IMG/VR virus record: IMGVR_UViG_3300019459_000030 | Location: 1-32,299 of that record | From: a virus | Lineage: Duplodnaviria; Caudoviricetes | DNA length: 32,299 bases | Reading direction: 5' to 3' (one strand) | Part shown: piece by piece, positions 7,839 through 17,128 of the stretch | Position numbering within the stretch: position 1 is the stretch's first letter | How the letters are laid out: every line of letters starts with the position of its first letter | Made by a program: the position numbers and the translations under genes | Notes under the pieces: generated by a model | Databases searched by the model: none | What the model saw: only the letters and a program-made list of their open reading frames with translations | Told to the model about the DNA's origin: nothing

Positions 7839-9063
7839 TAAAATACTCCTTGCCTTTTGCTATTGCACTATGTAATGCATCGTGATAAAAACTTGATTTA
7901 CGAATATGTTCCCAGTTGTGCATTATGTTAGGAAAACTTGCACCTATTCTTTTTAATTTTTCATCTCGATCAAGTGCTATCCAATTTTCTAGTATATTGT
8001 GTACTTCTTCTAAACGTGTTTTAGGATCTTCAATACTATCGTATTCTGTGCCGAATCCTAAGAAGTCACATTTAAATCCTAATTCTTCTAAACCTTTTAT
8101 TGTGCCGCTACCTGCAATTAGTATAAAAGGATGGCCTAAAGCAATAGGTTTAAATATTTTTTCTGTAACAAAACTTGTGTTATCAATAAAAATAGTTTCT
8201 GTAATTACTGTTAGTAATGTGTTTTGATATAAATCTTTATTGTAGTTCCAAGCAGCATTAGTGCTTTCCCAATTACCATCTAAGTACAAAGGATAATGCT
8301 CTTGCATAACTTGATCAAACTCGTTAATGTTTACACCGGCAAGTCTTGAACCTAGTATATCACTTTGTTTAACTTGATTACAACTTACCATACCTTTTTC
8401 TAATAAATTATTTTTTGCAAGATAATGTAAATGCGCACCTCTGTGTGGTCTGTATACTCTATTCAAACTGTTAAAGTCTTTGCTATCCGCATTTTGCATA
8501 GCACTGTATAAGCAAGGAACTGTAGGCATCTTGTCATCAAAGAATATCTTACCGAAGTGATTGCTATATTGTACATCAAACCATTTATCTTCTAAAAACT
8601 GATCTCTCCACTGTGCATATTGATCTTGGATTTTAGTATTGCCTTGTAAAATTAACACACTGTTTTTAGGATACTTGCGTTCACGCATAATGTCAGTAGT
8701 TGCTCTGAAAGCGTCAAAATGATTAGTTTTCATAGGGCCGCCTTCTTTGTCTGCAAGTATAACAAGTCTAAGTTTCTTTGCTTTTACTAACTCTAAAATA
8801 TCTCTAGGAACCATTTGTAATATGTGCTTAGGTCCTGTTCCGTTATTTTGTCCTGACCACCAATTAGGATCGCCATTTACATCTATAAAGTATAGACCAC
8901 ATTCGTTCCAGTCTGAAAGTTTATGATATTCAACATTCATATTCTTCAGTTCTCTTTTCAAAATACTACCTGGACTTGTTAACCACCAGGTGTTATTATC
9001 TTTTGTTTCAAACTGGCTTAGGTTAGATTTATCTAGTTCTAGATTATCGAAGTATATTTTCAT
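7825..9063 (-). CDS. putative GT-B glycosyltransferase, GT10-like C-terminus
   Basis: FNSLNRVYRPHR and LTVITET...FVTEKIFKPIALGHPFI; paralog of 5899..7056. Confidence 0.55.
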   Translation of the reverse strand: MKIYFDNLELDKSNLSQFETKDNNTWWLTSPGSILKRELKNMNVEYHKLSDWNECGLYFIDVNGDPNWWSGQNNGTGPKHILQMVPRDILELVKAKKLRLVILADKEGGPMKTNHFDAFRATTDIMRERKYPKNSVLILQGNTKIQDQYAQWRDQFLEDKWFDVQYSNHFGKIFFDDKMPTVPCLYSAMQNADSKDFNSLNRVYRPHRGAHLHYLAKNNLLEKGMVSCNQVKQSDILGSRLAGVNINEFDQVMQEHYPLYLDGNWESTNAAWNYNKDLYQNTLLTVITETIFIDNTSFVTEKIFKPIALGHPFILIAGSGTIKGLEELGFKCDFLGFGTEYDSIEDPKTRLEEVHNILENWIALDRDEKLKRIGASFPNIMHNWEHIRKSSFYHDALHSAIAKGKEYFNEAI

Positions 9064-10247
9064 TCCATTATTTCCTTTAGTTCAGGAAACGTTTTTAAAA
9101 AGTTTCTATTTCTTATTTTATCATAGTAATCTGTATGTACTATAAATTGTTCCTTTAAGTTTTCATCATATTCACTGTTTTCTAAATGTCTTACTACATC
9201 TCTCAAAAGTCCTTGTACGTGTGCATTGTATTTGTGTGCCTTTGCTTTAATTTTATTAATTACACTCCATTTTAGCATATCATTTAAAATACTTGCACTG
9301 TAGTACTCTGGGTGAACAATGTTATAAAATGTTGGATATACATTTGTTTCAAATAATCCTTCTGCTAATACATAATCTAAAAAGTCTGTAACTGTAAAAA
9401 CATTAAATGCACTTATCACTGCACTAAAATTAAGTCTTACGTGCGGTGTTTCTTGCTTAATTAATCTAATATTCTTTTCTATTTTGCTCCAATTAGTTCC
9501 TTCTCTAATGTATTCTGCTCTATCTCCGTAATGATCTAAACTAGCAAATACTTGTATGTTAGGAAAGTTTTTCCATAATTCAATAACACTTTTATTTTTG
9601 TAATGTAGGTTACTAATATTTGTATTGTAACTTATTTTTACATCTGTATTTTTAGTTTCGATCAAATGCTCTAGTATAGCATAATGTTTATCTGTCATTA
9701 AAGGCTCGCCGCCTGCAAAATAAAAACTTTCTATGTCTTTAAAGTAAGGTTGAAACTGTTCGTATAATCGACTGTTATCATCTCCATCCGCCATAATGAA
9801 TATTTCTTTATGTTTACCATTACGACTGTCTTCTTGAGCCCACGTGCTAGAATATGTGCTAGAACAACTTCTACATTTAAAATTACAAATATTACTCCAT
9901 CTTACATCAAAATGACGCAATGTCATTTCAGGATATGTTCCGTCTTGTAATGTATTTTGCACTAATGGCATTAAATGTGCAAACTCTTTGTTTTTGCTTA
10001 TACGTGTACTTTCGTTGCCACTATCTTCTTGTTGATAACAAGCCTTACATTCTACACATTTTTTACCCTCTAGCATATTACGTCTTAGGGTTTTGTACTT
10101 GTCATTATTCCATATTTCTTGAATTGTATTTTCTCTTACATTACCAAGATGCTTATCGTACTCACCTACGCAACAAGGTAAAACACTTCCGTCTGGATTG
10201 ACATACATATGGATCCAAGGATAAATGCAAAATGTTTTATTGTTCAT
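9060..10247 (-). CDS. radical SAM enzyme with N-terminal Twitch/SPASM-like Fe-S domain
   Basis: CNFKCRSC (9864-9887), AGGEPL and YNTN; N-terminal CIYPW...DGSVLPCC...LGN...CVECKAC. Confidence 0.9.
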   Translation of the reverse strand: MNNKTFCIYPWIHMYVNPDGSVLPCCVGEYDKHLGNVRENTIQEIWNNDKYKTLRRNMLEGKKCVECKACYQQEDSGNESTRISKNKEFAHLMPLVQNTLQDGTYPEMTLRHFDVRWSNICNFKCRSCSSTYSSTWAQEDSRNGKHKEIFIMADGDDNSRLYEQFQPYFKDIESFYFAGGEPLMTDKHYAILEHLIETKNTDVKISYNTNISNLHYKNKSVIELWKNFPNIQVFASLDHYGDRAEYIREGTNWSKIEKNIRLIKQETPHVRLNFSAVISAFNVFTVTDFLDYVLAEGLFETNVYPTFYNIVHPEYYSASILNDMLKWSVINKIKAKAHKYNAHVQGLLRDVVRHLENSEYDENLKEQFIVHTDYYDKIRNRNFLKTFPELKEIME

Positions 10248-11181
10248 TAGCCCATCCTGATTTGTGATATATGTTTGTTGCCCATAGACTGTGCTGTACT
10301 TCTCTAGGATGAGGTCTATGATCTGGACAACTTCCTAAGTATTTGTTAGACTGTTCTATAACTTTTAATTGCTTTCCAATGTACTTGTGTTTAAAACTAA
10401 TTTCTTTGTAATCCCTCATTAAATCATCAAGCCAACCTGCATTATAAAAACTTGGCATATTAATTTTGTATCCATTTGTTTTAGCACTAAACTGTATCCA
10501 ACTCTCATCGATTATTTTAAAATTATATTGGCTTGTTGTGTTAGTACAACAGAAGTTTTTCCATACTACAGTGTTTACGTTAGTGTAATTGCTTACGATG
10601 TCATCAATGTAACTGTACAAATAAGAGTCATATTTTTCTAACCATTGTTGTAAATCTAACTTTTTTTCAGCAAGATATTTTTTATCATATAAATTTTTTA
10701 GTGGGTGATTCCATTGTACAAGTTCATTTAATTGTTGCATTTCTCTGCTAGGTTCTGTAACTTGAAAGCACAGATAAATTTTTTCATACTTACTTGTATC
10801 AAGTTCTTTAAGGATACGTTTTAGTGTATGCGACATTGCTAAATTACTGTTACCCGGAACAGCATATTGATAAAAGTCTGTGTCCAACATATTTGCAAGT
10901 CTTGCACCAAAACTATGTCTTAACATACTTCCTAAATCAAACTGGCCTATTGCTGTTGCAATATCTTGTAGTCCTTCTCCGTAAGTCCAACTTTCGCCTA
11001 TATTTAAAAGTAAATTCTTTTTATTTCTTTTAGCCCATAACTCAGCATATTGTGCCGGAACTTTAATGTGCTTAGGCCTATAACAGTCGTCACGGATTAA
11101 CACTTTGTTAATGCTGTGCATCAACCCGTGTGCTTCATCTGCCTTTAGTTCCGAATCATACCAAGCCACAACAGTCCTCAT
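10237..11181 (-). CDS. SGNH/GDSL-like hydrolase or acyltransferase
   Basis: NIGESWTYG, AVPGNSN and C-terminal DHRPHP. Confidence 0.55.
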   Translation of the reverse strand: MRTVVAWYDSELKADEAHGLMHSINKVLIRDDCYRPKHIKVPAQYAELWAKRNKKNLLLNIGESWTYGEGLQDIATAIGQFDLGSMLRHSFGARLANMLDTDFYQYAVPGNSNLAMSHTLKRILKELDTSKYEKIYLCFQVTEPSREMQQLNELVQWNHPLKNLYDKKYLAEKKLDLQQWLEKYDSYLYSYIDDIVSNYTNVNTVVWKNFCCTNTTSQYNFKIIDESWIQFSAKTNGYKINMPSFYNAGWLDDLMRDYKEISFKHKYIGKQLKVIEQSNKYLGSCPDHRPHPREVQHSLWATNIYHKSGWANEQ

Positions 11182-12523
11182 AAAAATCTATAAGGTCTGG
11201 AAAAGTTTTTCTGAAGTCTACATTTCGTCTTCTATCATATTCTCTAAACCAAGCAGCAAAATCTCTGCGACCTTCTGTAATTTTTTGTGCAGTATATTCT
11301 GTGCTAGACATATAGTCAACTACACGTCTAAACTTTTCATATTCCATAATACTAAATTTATATCTATCTGCATCGTCCACTTGGTCTGCAATAAACTGTA
11401 AGTGTCGTTTCATATAGGGCATAAATTCTTCTTTAGGAAGTATATTCATATCATACTGTAAAGGTTCTTTTAAATAAGGCGTATCAAATCTAATACGTTG
11501 CCATTTTGTTTGATCGTCTGTGTTATATTTCTTACGCCATTCTAATACTTTTCTTAAGAACTTATCAAAATTTGTAACAGTTAAAATATTAAATGTAACC
11601 ATAAATGTTAATGGGTGATTTGTTTTAGTCATATAGATATCAAAATTCTTTTCCCATAACTCTAAATCTAATCCTGTACGAATATATTCTGCTTGTTCTC
11701 CCCAAGTATCCATACTTGTGAAAACTTTGAAATCTTTTATGCAACCTTTTGCTATAAGGCTGTTTACTTTGTCTGCAAAACGTTCTATCAATATACTTTT
11801 AACACCAAAGTTACTATTAATGTTTAATTCTAAATTAGGCATAGGATTCTTTTCTAGTTCTTCAAACATACGCCAAGTGCTTTGCTGTAATAATGGTTCG
11901 CCGCCTGTGATACGTAAAATAGTAAGTGTCTTACGCAGTTCAGGCCACCATTCCCAAAATGCTTTTACATAAGGATTATCTTCTTCTTTATGAATTTTAA
12001 ACCAATCAATATCATTGCGATGGTTCTTAACCATAGTGTAAGGTCCGTGATCTCTTATTTCTTTATGATATGTGCTACTGTGTTTAGGATGACAATAACC
12101 ACACTTAAAATTGCATTCATTACCAAAACTTATTTCTACATACTGTGGATTTACATCTGCCATAGGATCTTTTTTAATAGCAGCAAATCTTTCTTCTGTG
12201 TGTATACTTGCATTACGTTCTTTTCTATCTGAAATGTAATCCTTACCCATACATTCAATGTTCCAACAATACTGACATCCGCTAGGCTTTTCACCATTTA
12301 TCATTTGCTGGCGTTCTTGTTTCTTTTGCGGAGTATTATGTAGTTGGCTTGGATTCTCTTTAAGTCCTTCTAACGGAATCTTATGCGGTGCAGGATGGTA
12401 ACAACTATGAGTCTCTCCTGTTTGCAAATAGATAGTAGTATGATGCCACTTAGCCATACAGAATGTAGGAGAGATTTCGTCCATAATAGGAATAAATTTC
12501 TCTATTCTATCCTTGTCGTGCAT
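11156..12523 (-). CDS. radical SAM enzyme with N-terminal Twitch-like Fe-S domain
   Basis: CNFKCGYC (12092-12115), TGGEPL and INSN; N-terminal CMAKW...HSCYH...CQYCW. ATG 12523 follows SD GGGAG. Confidence 0.9.
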   Translation of the reverse strand: MHDKDRIEKFIPIMDEISPTFCMAKWHHTTIYLQTGETHSCYHPAPHKIPLEGLKENPSQLHNTPQKKQERQQMINGEKPSGCQYCWNIECMGKDYISDRKERNASIHTEERFAAIKKDPMADVNPQYVEISFGNECNFKCGYCHPKHSSTYHKEIRDHGPYTMVKNHRNDIDWFKIHKEEDNPYVKAFWEWWPELRKTLTILRITGGEPLLQQSTWRMFEELEKNPMPNLELNINSNFGVKSILIERFADKVNSLIAKGCIKDFKVFTSMDTWGEQAEYIRTGLDLELWEKNFDIYMTKTNHPLTFMVTFNILTVTNFDKFLRKVLEWRKKYNTDDQTKWQRIRFDTPYLKEPLQYDMNILPKEEFMPYMKRHLQFIADQVDDADRYKFSIMEYEKFRRVVDYMSSTEYTAQKITEGRRDFAAWFREYDRRRNVDFRKTFPDLIDFYEDCCGLV

Positions 12524-13562
12524 CAAACTGCTCCCGTAGCCATTTAAAATCGTTTATCTTGCGTAATGCATCAGGCTCAGCACTATTGCTAACACCATAT
12601 TTCCTACCGGCTCTGGCGCCTTGAATAGCATAGTCCCCAAACGGTCTGTCTCTGCCATAATCACTACACCATTTACTAAGTCTTTCATCTGTTTCATCAT
12701 CTTTTTGACCTTTAATAGTTCTACTTGCTAATTTACAACACTCTCTAAACGCACTTTTCCAAGTACTAAATCCGTCTGTATTGAATGCTGTAATGTTACT
12801 TACTTCTTGCATTGCTTTAAAACTGTCAGAAAGGCTAGTAGTCATATCCGGACTGTTTACATCCATATCAATTGTAGTTTGTCGCGGAAATAACTTAACA
12901 CCGCCATACCCGTATTCTAAATCTGTAATGGGATTTCTACCTCTCCATACATATACGCTTTTCCTAGCATTGAAATCATAGTAAGGTATTTGCATATTAA
13001 AATTAAATTCGTCTAAAATCTCTGCATCAGCGTCAACAATGTAAAATAGTTCAGTATTACATTGTTTTGCTGCTTCTATATGTGCTTGATGTATGCCTGT
13101 TACGTCTTTTATCCATACAGCATTAGGTGCTTTCTTTAATAACTTGTTGTAATTTACTTCTGCATTAGGTTCGTGATATGAAATAAATGCAACATCATAC
13201 TGTATAGGCTTACTTGCTTGTATATCTATTTCTTTTTTGTTAGTAAAGAATCTATAATCCCATTCACGTTGTAGAATACGTGCTTTCTTAGGAAAAATAC
13301 ATACACCGTCATAGTATTTTCCATTGCGGAATACGTGTACATAATCTGCATCCCATTCAGGAACACGGTAATCTAAATTAAAATCTTGTTGTAGTAGTAA
13401 ATTATCCCATACTACCCAGAAGTGTTTTGTTAAACTTCGTTGAGATACTTGTTCGAAAGTTTTACAATTATCTATTTTTTGTGCGTTAGGAAACTTTTGC
13501 TTGAACTGTGTCCAAGCATTGCTATTACACTCTCCATTGCTAATAAAAAAAATATCATACAT
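12507..13562 (-). CDS. GT-A (GT2-like) glycosyltransferase with degenerate duplicated N-terminal domain
   Basis: YDVAFISYHEPNA...GIHQAHIEAAK...FYIVDADA (DxD)...YGYGGVKLF...SAFRECCKL. Confidence 0.75.
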   Translation of the reverse strand: MYDIFFISNGECNSNAWTQFKQKFPNAQKIDNCKTFEQVSQRSLTKHFWVVWDNLLLQQDFNLDYRVPEWDADYVHVFRNGKYYDGVCIFPKKARILQREWDYRFFTNKKEIDIQASKPIQYDVAFISYHEPNAEVNYNKLLKKAPNAVWIKDVTGIHQAHIEAAKQCNTELFYIVDADAEILDEFNFNMQIPYYDFNARKSVYVWRGRNPITDLEYGYGGVKLFPRQTTIDMDVNSPDMTTSLSDSFKAMQEVSNITAFNTDGFSTWKSAFRECCKLASRTIKGQKDDETDERLSKWCSDYGRDRPFGDYAIQGARAGRKYGVSNSAEPDALRKINDFKWLREQFDARQG

Positions 13563-14460
13563 ACTTTTTACTATAATAAGTTGTACCTAACCTAATAGTT
13601 TCCTCATAAAGTGCCATTACATATCTACTTTGTTGTGGATCAAGATCAGGCCATTCTAGTCCTAAGTTATGTCTTATCTCTGTGCCTAGTCTTTTTGTTT
13701 CTTGTTCTAATCCAAATCCGTCCTCATATTGCTTACATTGCTCGTTGTACAATTCACGTAGCAATTCAAAATCTCTTACTTGTATATGATCCCAATCAGT
13801 ACAATTTGTTAGATACGTTCCTAGTCTTGCACCGTAGATTGCCCACAAACCATTTTCAATGTGTGTACCAACTGTACTCCATATTCTTAACCTATGTAAG
13901 TTATGCCACCATATACGCTCTTCGATCTCCATAGGCGGAACTTGTAAGCCGCCATCTAATGTCATCTTCACACCTTCACGGAAGCCGGCACGCCAAGCCA
14001 TAAAAGGTGTCTCATTTATAATTGTATCACTAAAAGTAACTGGAAAGTTCCTATAACCTTCTTCCCAACAAAAGTCAACTTGCGCTCTTTCACTGTCTGC
14101 GTTTTCGTGTGTTTTCATATCAAGAATATGCTGACGGTGCCATAACTTTAAGCCGCCGTTGCCATAACGCAATCCGTTAACATTGTTTCTGCCGCACCAA
14201 CTGTATGCACGTATTTTTTCATCTGTCATATCTAAGTCTAAATCGAAAAACTTAGGATCAACAATATTATCTGCATCTACAGTTAGCACCCAATCTGTTT
14301 CAGAGGCTTCTGCTGCTGCTTTGTGTGCGTGGTCTGATCCTTTAACTCCGTGTATGCGCTGTGCCCACGGAACTTTGTTACACAGGTCAGCATAGTGTAG
14401 ATCAGCATTCGGCTCATCGTAACTTAAAAAGAATACATCAAACTCTACTACTTTTGTCAT
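13555..14460 (-). CDS. GT-A (GT2-like) glycosyltransferase
   Basis: FDVFFLSYDEPNA...GSDHAHKAAA...TVDADN (DxD)...YGNGGLKLW...AGFREGVKM; paralog of 12507..13562. Confidence 0.75.
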   Translation of the reverse strand: MTKVVEFDVFFLSYDEPNADLHYADLCNKVPWAQRIHGVKGSDHAHKAAAEASETDWVLTVDADNIVDPKFFDLDLDMTDEKIRAYSWCGRNNVNGLRYGNGGLKLWHRQHILDMKTHENADSERAQVDFCWEEGYRNFPVTFSDTIINETPFMAWRAGFREGVKMTLDGGLQVPPMEIEERIWWHNLHRLRIWSTVGTHIENGLWAIYGARLGTYLTNCTDWDHIQVRDFELLRELYNEQCKQYEDGFGLEQETKRLGTEIRHNLGLEWPDLDPQQSRYVMALYEETIRLGTTYYSKKYV

Positions 14461-15101
14461 AGTTCCTCAAATACATAATTTTTAAATAACCTGCGTGTAA
14501 ACACACTGGCGTCATCTGGACTATCACAAGTAAAATTAAAACTTTTTCCTACTAGATCTTCTAGTCTTACACTTGCTGTATAATAACTTGTATGAGGATC
14601 ATTGTAATCGCATATATCAAAATTTAAAATTGTTTCTCCGTCCCAGAATATTTTTCTTGTTGCTATTGGCGTGTCGCTGTTTAGTTTATATGTTCCGCCA
14701 TATTTTTCAGATAGTTGAACTGTAAATGTATCTCCCTTTCGTGATACAATCACATCAGGTTCATCTATTTCAGCCCATTTAATATTAACAATTCTATGTA
14801 GTACATCATCTATTTTAAATAAATTTTGTACTTCTGTAATTTCTAAACTACCTGACTGAACATCTACGAAACATTTATTCATTTTGATTTCGCCTTCAAT
14901 GATAGCCAATGCAGTATCTGAATCAATGCTAATAGTTTTCTTGAAACGCTCTTTGTCAATTGAATAATCAGGACCTACACATAATACTTTTCCTGTTTCC
15001 TGATCAAATGCTGCTAGATAGTTTACTACAGGCGGTTTATAATTTGCAATCCATTCGTCAAAGTCTGGAAGGTCTGGAATATCTCTTATCTTTTCTTCCA
15101 C
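14457..15101 (-). CDS. hypothetical acidic protein within the glycosyltransferase cluster
   Basis: 214-aa ORF with GTG start after SD GGAGG; overlaps both neighbours. Confidence 0.8.
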   Translation of the reverse strand: MEEKIRDIPDLPDFDEWIANYKPPVVNYLAAFDQETGKVLCVGPDYSIDKERFKKTISIDSDTALAIIEGEIKMNKCFVDVQSGSLEITEVQNLFKIDDVLHRIVNIKWAEIDEPDVIVSRKGDTFTVQLSEKYGGTYKLNSDTPIATRKIFWDGETILNFDICDYNDPHTSYYTASVRLEDLVGKSFNFTCDSPDDASVFTRRLFKNYVFEEL

Positions 15102-15931
15102 GCTATTTCCTCCAATATGTTAATTGTTTCTAGTGTTATTTTATCTTTTTCAACATAGTGTAAAATATCTGTTTGTTGAAAGTTACCTATCTTTACTTTA
15201 GCATTTCTATCAAAGTAAAAACCTACGTGATCACTAACTGTATCTGCAGGATAAGGCCAATTCTGTATCATACCTTTCATATGAACAACACGGGGAAACT
15301 CTAAAGGATATGCAATGTCGTCCGCAATATCTAAAATGTTTGCTGCAAGAGCAAATGCTTCATCTGTTCCTACAACTTTAGGTTTGTGCGAAATTAAAAA
15401 TTCATTACTATATCTTTCAGGATTTTTAATAATAGCACGTTGTAAATCAAAAAACTCTTTTGCTAATACACTATCCTTTTTAAAGAATGTGTAAAAACTA
15501 TATAGGTTAGGTAAATTATTCATTGTAAAACATTTTCTATAATGATCGCTTACAACAAGTTCGCCTCTGTAAGTATATGCTTTGTTTGCTACATATAATT
15601 CACTGTTTGCAATAAAATATTCTGCCCAATGGCTGTAGTCCCTAAAGAATAACATATCTGCGTCCAAGCATACAGTATGTTCAAATGGTGTAACCTGATC
15701 CATATAGGATCTACTATCCCAACCTTCTGGACCTTGATATTCAATTACGTGATCGAATACCCAAGTTGATGTAAAGTTTTCTATATGTTGTTTATCGTCA
15801 ATGACTAAAGCAACTTTATCATAACCTTCTTTTTGTGTATTTTTTATGCTTAGTGCAAGTGCATATGCAAGACGTGTGTAGTTTGTGTCTGCACCTTCAT
15901 TTACAATAATTAGATATCCAAAGTCTATCAT
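15086..15931 (-). CDS. GT8-like (GT-A) glycosyltransferase
   Basis: Y..LAYALALSIK, TPFEHTVCLDADMLF (DxD), GTDEAF and VHMK. Confidence 0.7.
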   Translation of the reverse strand: MIDFGYLIIVNEGADTNYTRLAYALALSIKNTQKEGYDKVALVIDDKQHIENFTSTWVFDHVIEYQGPEGWDSRSYMDQVTPFEHTVCLDADMLFFRDYSHWAEYFIANSELYVANKAYTYRGELVVSDHYRKCFTMNNLPNLYSFYTFFKKDSVLAKEFFDLQRAIIKNPERYSNEFLISHKPKVVGTDEAFALAANILDIADDIAYPLEFPRVVHMKGMIQNWPYPADTVSDHVGFYFDRNAKVKIGNFQQTDILHYVEKDKITLETINILEEIAWKKR

Positions 15932-16779
15932 ACTAACTCCATAAACTTATCAATGTGTCTTGTTATTGCTTGTTTATTCATTATATGAATATCTCTGTCT
16001 TTAATATTACATAGTGTATAATCATTTGCATTAGATGTCAGCAATTGGATTCCGTTTTCATTGACATCATAAACTAAATCCATATCCGGCACTGAAAGCA
16101 CAGGTGGCATTGCATAATCATTATCAGTTTCAAAACCATAAAGTATATGCCTTGCAATACCAAACGAAATATCATTTCTATACATTCTGTTATCAAATCT
16201 AAAAATGTCTGCAAACTTTTTATAATTGTCTTTAATATGTTTTACTAGTTCAAAAAATACTTTTGTATTTTCATTTTTTGTAAACATAACTGTTGTCGCC
16301 CATAACAGTCTTACACCTGTATCACTTATGTATTTGTCAAGGTATCCTATTCTATTTCCTTGCACATCGTTGTACTTTGTACTAATAAGTATATCACTTT
16401 CACATTCCCAGTATTCATTTAGTGCATCTGAAAAAATAAAGTAATCACAATCTATCATTAACGTTCTATCATAAGGAGTAAGATCCCAAACACTGGACCT
16501 ATTACTATTTTTAAATGGAGCAGTAACACTTTCTTTGCCGTCTTTAAACTTACGCTGTTGTAAATCTGCAGGACGTTCTACATCAATAATCTGTTCAAAA
16601 GTTTGTAGTGCTTTATCCCAAAGATTAGATTCTTTTAGCCAGTCAACTGTTGACTGATCTGTAATTAAACTAACAGGAACACCTAGATGTTTTTTAGCAA
16701 GACCGCCTGACGCAAGTGCCATTTTTGCGTAATCTATCTGCCTGTTATTGTGTGCAAATATTACTACACCTTTTTTCAC
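15928..16779 (-). CDS. GT8-like (GT-A) glycosyltransferase
   Basis: TPYDRTLMIDCDY (DxD), WATTVMF, YRNDISF and HIMNK; paralog of 15086..15931. Confidence 0.7.
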   Translation of the reverse strand: MKKGVVIFAHNNRQIDYAKMALASGGLAKKHLGVPVSLITDQSTVDWLKESNLWDKALQTFEQIIDVERPADLQQRKFKDGKESVTAPFKNSNRSSVWDLTPYDRTLMIDCDYFIFSDALNEYWECESDILISTKYNDVQGNRIGYLDKYISDTGVRLLWATTVMFTKNENTKVFFELVKHIKDNYKKFADIFRFDNRMYRNDISFGIARHILYGFETDNDYAMPPVLSVPDMDLVYDVNENGIQLLTSNANDYTLCNIKDRDIHIMNKQAITRHIDKFMELV

Positions 16780-17123
16780 GATACTAATGTCTCTACTGAT
16801 CTACTTTTCTTAATTTTTTGATATTCTTCGTGATATTCAAAAGTTGCACTAAAATACCTATCGAAAATTTCATCTCTAAATTCAACTAAGTTTTCAACTA
16901 AAATTGGATTTTCATTTACATCTAAAATTACAACATTTTCTGATCTGTCTTTGTAAATTAACATTTCGACAAAGTTTAACAAATCTCTATCAATCTTAAA
17001 GATTCCACCATTTTTACCATATGTAAGTCTGGCTTCAATTTTTTCTTTAAGTGTTTTGCGTTGAACAGAAAGTGTTTGACGATACTTTGAGAATTCTAAA
17101 GCATCTTTATATTCATTTTGCAT
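16776..17123 (-). CDS. hypothetical phage protein, first gene of the glycan cluster
   Basis: 115-aa ORF with SD AAGGAG; TAAATA upstream. Confidence 0.8.
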   Translation of the reverse strand: MQNEYKDALEFSKYRQTLSVQRKTLKEKIEARLTYGKNGGIFKIDRDLLNFVEMLIYKDRSENVVILDVNENPILVENLVEFRDEIFDRYFSATFEYHEEYQKIKKSRSVETLVS

Positions 17124-17128
17124 AATAA

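Noticed and set aside
9060-12523. RiPP cluster (SPASM radical SAM plus precursor peptide)
   Set aside because: No RRE domain, protease or transporter is evident; the only tiny ORF (10 aa) is too short for leader plus core, and the context is entirely glycan enzymes.
4567-17123. Cellular LPS/capsule locus or prophage O-antigen conversion cassette
   Set aside because: No wzx/wzy/wzm/wzt, gtrAB or other membrane proteins; contiguous with phage structural genes and shares their promoter motif; no integrase in the window.
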